Positions 53,793 to 64,000 of a stretch of 64,000 nucleotides of DNA are shown in pieces (the first letter of the stretch is position 1; every line of letters starts with the position of its first letter). The notes beneath the pieces were generated by a model. That model was given only the letters and a program-made list of their open reading frames with translations. It was not told the DNA's origin and searched no databases. The position numbers and the translations under genes were made by a program. Source of the stretch: Octopus vulgaris (Eukaryota); contig OX597814.1 in assembly GCA_951406725.2 (NCBI GenBank), forward strand, positions 104,532,001 to 104,596,000, in the 5' to 3' direction.

Positions 53793-54317
53793 GAGTGAGA
53801 GAGCACTCCATGCCATCAAAGTGACACTGGGGTAAAATATACGAAGCCCAGTATATCCATCATGACTACCCGTCTGATAAGGGTACACTAGGCACATGCA
53901 TCACAACCATATGTGCGCGACATGGTGATATCATATCAAGATAAACAGCACATGACCTTGCAGTTTTTTTCTGGTCGAGTCACCCATCCCGCTCAAAAGG
54001 TCCCTGAATAAGAATTGTTTAAGGATGTTGAACGAACCACCCATGTTTCCAAATGTGAATTAGTCAAACTCCAAAGAATCCCTCGCAACACATGGCTATG
54101 ATGCTTCCCCACTACTTCTGCTCGTGATCAGAGATGCACATATCGTCAGCCACTAAGGGACATGGTAAACTGGTTAAGGTAAAAACTACTGACAAGCAAA
54201 TTTGTGGTATTGAGCAGAATATTTGCTGTAGCCCATCTTTTATACCAATGTACATGATAACACTTCCAATCAGTTAAGATCAGAAGCCATGAGAGCCACA
54301 GCCCCCCAGGGCATTTC
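53793..54317. mobile_element. ~525-bp non-coding insert sitting exactly within a (TAA)n tract
   Basis: Complex sequence with no ORF, flanked on both sides by TTA repeats inside the R4/Dong nest. Confidence 0.5.
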
Positions 54318-54342
54318 ATTATTATTATTATTATTGTTGTTG

Positions 54343-54400
<58 letters not shown>

Positions 54401-54401
<1 letters not shown>

Positions 54402-57015
54402 TACTATTAATCTACATGTTTGTTACAATCACTTGCCGAGACACAACCAGTGTCCTAGTGCAAGTGAAGGATAAGAGCTGTTACAGCATGACCGAAAGTT
54501 TGGGGAGGGAAGTGGCAGGTGCAATAGAGAAATACAGACATTTAAATTGATAGCGTTTTTCTAAGAATGTAGCCAGTACTTATTAGCACAATCATTTTGA
54601 TTTCTGTGAGACATGATTCCCCTGGGATATTATCTAGATGCTTTTGACATCTTTTTCTTATACCTAGAGCTCCCACAATAACAGGATCAGGTCTCGCTTC
54701 AAGATGCTACATCTTTTGCATTTCGATTTCTAGGTCCTTATATTTACTTAATTTGTCAAATTCCTTTGCAGATATATTTCTATCGGTGGGAACACTTACA
54801 TCTATTAGTCAACAAGTATTTTCTTCCCTATCTTTAATGACTATATCTGGTCGATTTACCTGGATCGTTCTGTTGGTGTTGACGGGAAAATCCCAGAGAA
54901 TAGTGACATTTTTACCTTCAACGACTGGCTTAGTATGGTGTTCATACCAGTAACCAGGAGTGCTGATTTTGTAGTGTTTACATATTTTCCAATGTAAATA
55001 CTGTTCTACCCTATCGTGGCGATTTTTGTGTTTGTTTGGTGTTAGCACAGGACATCCCGAGATGAGATGGTCTATTGTTTCATCAAATTTTTCGAAGAAT
55101 CTCCGTTTAGGGTCAGAACCATTTTGAAGAACGTTAGCCTGGTAAGTTTTTGGTAAGAACGTTAGTCTGGTAGTTTTTGTGCCGCCAATATGAAACCTTC
55201 AGTCTCTACTTTCGGTCCTAAACTTGTCAGCCAGTGATGAGTTGGCTGTTTGGTCTACATCAACATTTCGGCTTCGAAGTATATACTGTCCATGCAGAAG
55301 CTTCTGGCTCCACCGCTCCTCAATTCACTTCTACCCGTTCTTTTTTTGCAGTCTTTTTGATCCATTTTGCTTTATTCGTGGCAGTGGATTCAAGTTCATC
55401 ATCTAATTCGGCGTTAATGCCAAATTCTCTTGCGAATTTGCAATCTTCCTTGACAATAGGATGTGATTTTTTACTTCTTTCGTGTTTGCACACAAGCCGC
55501 AGCATTCAATCCTCTCTACTAGATAAGTACTTTTTCATTGCTATTGTGGAAGTGTTATCGTACAGTTCTACCTGCATCATTCCTCTTCGCCCATTACTTC
55601 CAGGCAGGTACAGAAAATCAACGTCTGTTTTTGGGTGGTGCATGTTCTTAGATGTTAGTAGTTTTCTTGTCTTCCTGTCCAGGCGTTGGAGTTCTGTAAG
55701 ACTCCAGTTAATGATGTTAAAAGTGTATTGGACTACTGGAAGTGCCAGGGGGTAAATGGCTTCGATACGATTCTAGAAGTTGAGTTCAGGTTTTAGTATG
55801 AGTCATATTCTTCTGGAATACTCCTTTCGTATTTTTTCCTTCATAGTAGCATGTTGTATACCGCCTTCTTCCTTTATCCACAGGTATTTATAGATTCCTT
55901 GCAGGTCAAACTCCTTGGTGGCAGTGTCACTATCTAATTTAATGGAAGCTGTTTGCTTGAGCTTTCCTCTCACAAAAGTTGCTTTAGCACACTTATCAAG
56001 ACCAAAATCCATCCCGATGTACTTGCTGAACCCTTTAACAGTTGTTAGCAGTCCCGATGTTGTTAGATTGGCTCATCCCATTACTATGGTTTAAAAGGAG
56101 ACGTATATTCCACTTGGCCATGCTATGTTGTAAGAACTTGGCGACGACAGGAGAGATCTTATATATCTCAAGAGCCTTGAGTAGCCAATTATGTGGGACA
56201 CTATCAAATGCTTTCTTGTAGTCTATCCATGCCATACTCAGGTTCTTCTTTTTGCTCCAGCAATTTTCTACAATCATTTCATTGATGGGTAATTAATGTT
56301 TGTATCCCTAAGAATACCTTTTACAATCTTTATGAGCTTGTGGAAGGATAGAGTTCTGTTCAAGGAAAGTGTATATTCTGTCAGCTAGTATCGATGTGAG
56401 GATCTTGTAGGTGGTGTTGAACATGTTATTGGTCGGTAGTGTTTTGTGTGTTTCGTGTCTTCAGTTTTATTTTGGTACAAGGTGTGTTGTTCCTTCGGTC
56501 AGCCAGGCAGGTATTTGTTCTGGGTTCTGGATGACATCAGGTAGGGATGCAGCAAAGGTTTGGTGTACTTCTGTCAAACAATTCAGCCAGAAGTTAGGGA
56601 ATCCGGTCCAGTCCTGAGGTTCTCCATTTGTCTGACTAAGAACACATCTTAGCTCTTCTACTCCTATTGCCTCCCATTTCTGCTCTTCAACTTCTTCCAG
56701 TCTCACTTTCTCACATTCTATCCACTGACCTTCAACATTATATTCCTCTTGTTGTTCCATATCTTCTCCCAGAATTCCCCCATTTCTTCAGTAAAGGTGA
56801 CTCCTTTACTTCTATCTTGCTTTTGCCAATCTCCCTATAAAATGTTTTTTTGCATCCATCTTGAATATTATGTTTTGTCGATAACATTTTATTATTTTGT
56901 CACAGTTTCTGAGCCGTTGGGCTTTCAGTTGTATTCGTTGTTTCTCTAGTTCCTTGGTTGCAGGGAGCGTTATAAAATCTTTAATTTCAGATTTTTGCTT
57001 GATTTTTCTTGTTTG
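54401..57015 (-). mobile_element. Decayed R4/Dong-type retrotransposon (pre-RT to RLE)
   Basis: PNFWLN..PAWLTEGTTHLVPK, MAWIDYKKAFDSVPHNWL, FGLDKCAK, YKYL, RHD..YLHWKIC, ILWDFPV..NRPDIVI. Its 3' end abuts (TAA)n. Confidence 0.92.
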
Positions 57016-57026
57016 ATTATTATTAT

Positions 57027-57220
57027 CTCTTTAGTACAAGTTTTGTTAGACTTCCTGGAGTCTTGCATGCGGAGCAGGCTTATTACATGCTACCGTGTTA
57101 TTCGTTCTTTTCAGCTGTCGAATACTTTCCTGATTATTCTAACCGTGCCAAGGAGGCAAACCTTTTCTAACAGTTCTACTGGGCACTCTATTCCAATTAC
57201 CTTTATATTCCCCTTTGATG
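57027..57220 (-). mobile_element. R4/Dong-type 3' fragment
   Basis: IGIECPVELLEKVCLLGTVRIIRKVFDS* + 3' UTR. Same family as 59686-59858. Confidence 0.8.
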
Positions 57221-57361
57221 CCTTCTTCTTCTTCTTCTTCTTCTTCTTCTTCTTCTTCTTCTTCTTCTTCTTCTTCTTCTTCTTCTTCTTCTTCTTCTTC
57301 TTCTTCTTCTTCTTCTTCTTCATTATTATTTGCCGGTCTCGTACCAATATTTGAAACCATA

Positions 57362-57402
<41 letters not shown>

Positions 57403-57409
57403 GATTATG

Positions 57410-57454
<45 letters not shown>

Positions 57455-58067
57455 TGTTTTCTTTGTTGTTGTTATTATTGTTTGGAGGCGGGAAATATTG
57501 ATGAATATACAACCAACTAAAGAGAGAGAGAGGGAGAGAGATACAAGAGAGAGAGAGAGATAAATAAAACTTTGAAAGAAAGAATACTTCAGTAAAAATA
57601 ACAAGGGTAATTGTAAAGTAGAAGCTAAAATAGACTAAAATGGAATTCAGTTTGCTTGCTTTTTGCCCAATAATCCGATTAGAAAGCAATGATTCCCAGC
57701 ATTCAATGGAGATTTGCTTTTCTTCCATTTTTGTCGTTTCTTTAATCACGTGACCTCCTCAACTACTAAAGTGATGCAGAGATTTCTGTTTGCAAAATGC
57801 TTTTCTATGAAACAACTCTGAAATCGTTTTATCTTGGCTTAGTTTTTGTTGATTTGCTTTTGAAATTCTTTTTATCAAATTAAAATATTTTTCTTTATCA
57901 ATCTAGTTTTATTTCTCACTGAGTTTGTAATTTATTTTGGATGTTAATTATATTTTTTTAACTATTAATATGCAACTAAAGCTGATGCAAGGAACTTTCA
58001 ATAACTGTAAATAGATACGATCGTGTTGTTATTGTTGTTATTATTACTATCATTTTCATTAGCATCT

Positions 58068-59335
58068 TCTTTCAATTCTGTGTCCATTTCCTGCCGAATG
58101 TCTTCCTGACACCTAGGGAAGAGAAACGTACTGTATACATTGGTAGGCCATTAAAACAAGAAAACCAGATTGTTCATTTTTTGGATGGAGTATCCCTTAT
58201 CTAGGCAGCAACTTCCTTGTCTTTCTGTCTAAGCTGTTTAGTTCGTCTACTGTCCATGCGACTACCCCTGCTCCATATCTAAGGAGTGAAACCGCCCTGG
58301 TGTTGATATTCCGTCCGTTTAACTTCGACTTAAGGATCAATCTCAGTCTGCGCAAGTACTTCACCTTAATTTTTCTGTCATTTCTTTCTCTATCAATTTA
58401 TCCACTTCCCAAATCCCCAAGTACTTGTAGCCCGTCTCTTCTATCTGTTTCATAACCTCCCGCGACGTTATCGCTAGCCCGTCCATACATTTGATTTTGC
58501 CTCTCTTCAAGACTAACACACCACACTTCCTAATCCGAATTCCATTTTTATATCAGCTCTGAAAATATACACCGTATCAACGAGGGAACTGACTTGGGAT
58601 TCATCTTTACCATAAACTTTGTGGACATCCATGAATAACAACTGGTTGACTTTTCGTTGGTGGCTCTTGAATACATACTCAGCCTTTGCTTTCCTCAGAA
58701 TCACTGTTAGTGGTATCAAGCACAGTACAAAGATCAGTGGGAACAGGCAGTCCTTTTGGAAGATGCCTCCCCTGATTTCTATTGTCCCTAAACTCCTTCC
58801 ATATGCTGTCAGTTCCGTTCTCCATTTCGCCATACTTTTCCCAAGCAATCTTTCAACATTCTAATTTGTAATTTATTTTGGATGTTAATTACATATTTTT
58901 AAACTATTAATATGCAACTAAAGCTGATGCAAGGAACATATAGGTTCATACATTTCATAATCCAAGAATGTAGGATCATATCGAAAGCCTTACGATAATC
59001 GATCCATGACATGGCCAAGTTAGTTTCCTTCGTCTTTCAGTCTATAAGTACAGTTTTGTGTACCAGGAGTTGATCCTTGTTACCTCTGCACTTGCACTTG
59101 CAGCCCTTCTGCTCATGTGGCTGGACTCCATTATTTTCCGGACGTCCGTTCATTAACTCTGTGACTATTCCACTCAATAATTTCCACATAAGTGGCAAGC
59201 AGGTTATCGGCATGTAATTCCCTACTATATTGCCTTTTTCGATGTTTTTCAAGCACAGCACTGTTCTACCCATTGTCAACCGGTCTGGTGTTGCTTGGTC
59301 GGCATTTAACAAGGTGTTGAGTTGTGCAGCTATTC
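58068..59335 (-). mobile_element. R4/Dong-type RT fragment with an internal templated insertion
   Basis: GRTVLCLK..NYMPITCLPLMWKLLSG..EQKGC, WIDYRKAFD, WRTEL..GIFQKDCLFPLIF, LLFMD. Confidence 0.88.
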
Positions 59336-59344
59336 GTTATTATT

Positions 59345-59535
<191 letters not shown>

Positions 59536-59604
59536 TACTATTACTATTACTATTACTATTATTATTATTATTACTATTACTATTACTATTACTATTACTA
59601 TTAC

Positions 59605-59685
<81 letters not shown>

Positions 59686-59687
<2 letters not shown>

Positions 59688-59858
59688 TCTCGTTATCACA
59701 GGTTTTGTTGGAACTCTTAGAGTCTTGCATGCGTAACGGGCTTACTACCTGCAGCCTACGGTACCATGCCATTCATTCTTTTCAGTTATCTAATACTTTC
59801 CTGATTATTCTGGCAGTGCCAAGGCGGCAAACCTTTTGTAAAAGTTCTACTGGGTACT
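59686..59858 (-). mobile_element. R4/Dong-type 3' fragment
   Basis: EYPVELLQKVCRLGTARIIRKVLDN* + 3' UTR, followed by (CAA)n/(TAA)n. Confidence 0.8.
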
Positions 59859-59941
59859 CTCTTCTTCTTCTTCTTCTTCTTCTTCTTCTTCTTCTTCTTC
59901 TTCTTCTTCTTCTTCTTCTTCTTCTTCTTCTTCTTCTTCTT

Positions 59942-61106
59942 TTTTTGGTTTTTCTCAAATTCGGTCTTATTCTTGGTAGGATTCTTGTGGGTAGCGGGAT
60001 ACTACCTGTAGCTTTAGGTATCCACGCGTTTTCGGCAGACTTTCAAGTGCTTAGAACCCTCCTGATAATCCTTGCTGTCCCTAAGGGACAAAATTTTTGT
60101 CTACCGAGCATTCTGTTTCAATCTCTTTCAGCCATTTGACTATATCTTTCCTAACGGTTCCCAACGCACCAATCATTATAGCCACAACCGTTACTTTTCG
60201 CATGCTCCAAATTTTTCCCATTTCAAATTTTAAGGAATTGTATTTTTCTTTTTGTTTTTCTTCCTTTTTCCTTACGATCCTGGAATCAAACGGTAATGAT
60301 GGGTCGATAAGTAAGCAAGTTCGCTTTTCCTTATCTATAATTGTTACGTCCGGTCTATTATTTTCTAATGTCTTGTCCGTTTGAATCGGAAAGTCCCACA
60401 AAATCCTCCATTTCTCCGACTCCAGTACTCTTTCGACTCGATAACTGTACCCTGTGTTTCCGGTTTCAAATCCCCATTTCTAGCACAGTTTCCAGTGTAA
60501 AACTTTTATAAACCTAGTCATACCTCCAATTCTTATGGGCATTCAGTCACAATGTGTGCCACAGTCGCGTTCCACAGAGACATTTTTCTGACATATTTTC
60601 TCCATATAAATTTTTCTCAAGTTGTTTGTTTTTATCGCTTGATCTTGGGTTGCTACAACCAGGCTCTGTGTTTCATTTTTCATTGCCTTCCCTTTTTTTA
60701 ACCAAGCCCAGGAATTGGTTCCACATACGTCTTCAGTGGATCTTCAAACTGGTCATGCAGAGATTTTCTCTTCCATCTCGCTGACGCGTTCTCTTCGTAT
60801 TTCATTCTTGTCCTTTTCTATTAAGCGATCCATCATCTGTTCTTTATTCTCTGTCTTTGTAGTTTTTCTGCGCTGCTCTGTAGAAACTTTATTAGACTTC
60901 CTATTTCCATCTATATACATTGTCCTACTGCTATTAAACTCCTTCCATCATGATCTCTCCTGAAATACAGCCGGTTTATGTCAGCTTTCGTTTGTTGGTC
61001 TCCATACATCATCGACAATTTCCTAATCTTTCTTTCAAGTTTCTTTATATCGTTTCTGGTCCAGTCTATAATTCTCCATTAAAACTCCATATCCAATTAA
61101 GAATAC

Positions 61107-61110
<4 letters not shown>
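59942..61110 (-). mobile_element. R4/Dong-type fragment (thumb to RLE)
   Basis: IIDWTRNDIKKLERKIRK..KADINRLY, WDFPIQTDKTLENNRPDVTII..KYNSL..MIGALG. The 3' end is at (GAA)n and the 5' end at (TAA)n. Confidence 0.85.
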
Positions 61111-61152
<42 letters not shown>

Positions 61153-61669
61153 GGTTTCGAGTTGGCAGAATCGTTAGCAGAACAGACAAAATGCTTAGCG
61201 GCATTTCTTCTAGCTTTACATTCTGAGTTTAAATTTAAACATAATGATGAATGTAATGACCTTATACACGCATCCCCCCTCGCCTATAGATCTGTAGGTA
61301 AAACTCACGCTGTTTTGCCATGTCCCCTCTTGTAATGATCTTTTGTTGTTTCACTTTTTCACAATAAAGAAGGCTTGTTATTTGGAGGCCCCCGCAAGCT
61401 GGGAGGTGATATTGGACGTCTTAAATCAGGAATGTTGCCAGGAAGTCAAGGATATCTACCAGCCAAGGATGGTAGTTAATGTAACCTCAAACCCTCCATT
61501 TTAAAGAATATGATGGTTGGGCAAGGGTGGAGACGTTGTTAGGGAGACTCTGAGCCTGGATAAAGGCCATTTAAATAACCTATTTCAGAGTCAAAATGAA
61601 ATGTTTGCTAAAACTGATAGTTTTATTTTTTCAGCTGTTATTTTACTTTTTAATATGAACAATATTGCA

Positions 61670-61880
61670 AGGCGACGAGCTGACCGGATCATCAACAGGC
61701 CAGGCAAAATGCTTAGCGATATTACGTTCGTCTTTACGTTCTGAGTTCAAATTCTGCCGGAGTTGACTTTATCTTTCGGGGTCGATAAGATAAATTCCAG
61801 TTGAACACTGGGTGTCGATGTAATCGAGTAGCCCCTTTCCCCGAAGTTGCCGGTCTTATGCCAAAATTTGAAACCATCAT
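61670..61880 (+). mobile_element. Family A SINE
   Basis: GGCGACGAGCTG..TTCTGAGTTCAAATT..CGGGGTCGATAA..GCCAAAATTTGAAACC. Confidence 0.8.
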
Positions 61881-62519
61881 TAACAATATTGCGCACGTTT
61901 ATTTTTACCTTTAAAGGAACGCTGAGAACTCTATTTTGTGTGTTGCCTGACAGCGCTCTGCTGGGCGGATAAAGCCATAAACTCAACGAAAATAGAGAGG
62001 CAGAGGAAATATAGACGAAGCAGTAGAGATGATGTGAAGTCTTTGTGTATGGTAAAGTTGGGTTTGTAATGTTGAGGAGGCAAAGATGTGGAAGCCGAAC
62101 GAATGGGATTCAAACATATCGGAAAGAGATAAGGGAAAATAGAAGGCAATGCATTGATAGGTAAAGTTTGAAAATGCGATGCTTGAGATAGGAGAGAGAA
62201 GCAATTATTGGAACAAACAGAAACATGTTGCCTAATGAAAACCAATATTCGCTGCTGCTGTTGTTGGTTCTCTTCTTTATAGTTTTTTGATTGAGTTTCT
62301 TGCAGAATCCTCTCCACTCCGTTGTTTCTGCTTCTGTTCTGCATTTCTTTAGATTTCCTGCATCGCTGTTCCGAGAGATAATAATTTTGATTAGACACAC
62401 ACACACACTTTATATGCATATATATGTATGTATGTATGTATTGGCAGATGTGTGCGTATACACTCAGGCATGCAAACAAGAACGCGTAAACACGCGTATA
62501 TATAAATACATATACATGC

Positions 62520-62659
<140 letters not shown>

Positions 62660-62702
62660 GTATGTCTGTCTGTCTGTCTATGTATGTATGTATGCATGTA
62701 TG

Positions 62703-62740
<38 letters not shown>

Positions 62741-62919
62741 CATACATACATAAATGCATACATACACAAGCATATATTTACCTAACTATATGTACAAGCA
62801 CAGCGTAATCACACATCATACATACGATTGAATGCGCCTATGCATTATACGCATACAGTGTGTGTGTGTGTATGTAATCACAATTTGTTACATAATTCAC
62901 CAGAGATGTCTATTCTCGT

Positions 62920-63450
62920 TCCACTACAATATTCTCATATTCCTTTACGCTGTGTATTTAATATAACCCGCTTGTTGTGGCCTTCCAACTGAGCAGAGTC
63001 GAAAGTGGAAACATCTCTTGATTATCATTCTTACGATTCAATGTATGTCACATCAACACTGGATGCCCAAACCATAATCCTGTACATTGTAAATAATCTC
63101 ACAGGAATTTCTTGTGAATTACACTCTATAGAATATGACAAGGTTTCACAGAAATATTCTGTCGGTTATAGAATAAATAAGTCACATCTGTAAATCCATT
63201 CACCAAGTGTTCAGCCATATTCTAACGGTAAAAAGATAAATAGGATTTTAGGAATTCAAATCGGAATCTGTGCAATATGATAAAATCACACGGCGATGTG
63301 TTATCGTTATACAATTATTAACGTTAGATGAATATCGTTATGTATATGCTACATGTTAATAGAAAGTCTGAAAATAGATGACTGTTAAACGAAGAAACAC
63401 CTCATGAGAATAATCGCAGGTTCTGATGTATGATTGCAAATTTAATCAAA
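62920..63450 (+). mobile_element. Possible highly decayed Ty3/Gypsy integrase relic
   Basis: Frame-broken pieces occur in integrase order: GLPTEQSRKWKHLLII, DY..TLDAQTI..IVNNL.GIS.ELHS, SPSVQPYSNG..INRIL, ETPHE. No intact DDE. Confidence 0.4.
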
Positions 63451-63818
63451 CGCGAGAACCCAATATTTCCAGAAATTCATAACTGAATACATTGGTGAAT
63501 AATGTTTCTGTAGAGCTTCAGGCAGACTTATGAGAATTTCTTCCCAAGAATTGTATTACAGGATTTATATAGCATTCAATACTGGCGCCCAAAGTTCACG
63601 TTACAAATTCCGACTGCTAATTTAATTAAAGCAGTAATTGTAGAGTCTATAAATTCCAGCAATCGTGTTCAATTTCCACTGGCGGCAGCAGTTGTAGCTA
63701 TTTTTTCTATTCCCTTATAAAATTTGGTGCCTGTTATATGATTCTATGACATCTATCAGAATTTAACGCATCGTAAAATATAACTGTCTGAGATATCAGT
63801 AGATATCACTGATCAACA

Positions 63819-63883
<65 letters not shown>

Positions 63884-63927
63884 CATATATATATTATATT
63901 TATGTATATGCATCTCTCTCTCTCTCT

Positions 63928-64000
63928 CGTGGCTGTGTGGTAAGGAGCTTTCTTTCCAACTACACGGTTCCGTGTTTAGTCCCTTTGCGTGGTAACTTGA
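63928..64000 (+). mobile_element. Family B SINE head (runs off the window)
   Basis: GTGGCTGTGTGGTAAG..CCAAC..GGTTCCG..AGTCCC..GCGTGG. Confidence 0.75.

Overview
This is AT-rich, repeat-saturated eukaryotic non-coding DNA, most likely from an octopus or another coleoid cephalopod. That assignment is an inference from the SINE types and the density of TA/TAA/TATC/CA microsatellites. No intact host gene is supported, and almost all listed ORFs are microsatellite translations. Real coding signal comes only from decayed transposons. These are a CR1-like LINE (9.1-10.5 kb), RTE fragments, a mariner carrying an RTE insertion, a Penelope-like fragment, a probable old Gypsy integrase, and eight to nine R4/Dong-type (RT + RLE) fragments. 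Most of the R4/Dong pieces form one head-to-tail, same-strand nest in TAA/GAA microsatellites (51.4-61.1 kb). The most interesting signal is a set of short non-coding elements carrying minimal type I hammerhead-ribozyme motifs and/or inverted tail duplications, mostly beside or inside microsatellites. One (4849-5356) joins a tRNA-like Pol III head to an intact hammerhead and a Penelope-style inverted tail, making it a candidate Penelope-mobilised ribozyme SINE. All calls were made by eye with no database search, and boundaries are approximate unless TSDs are given.
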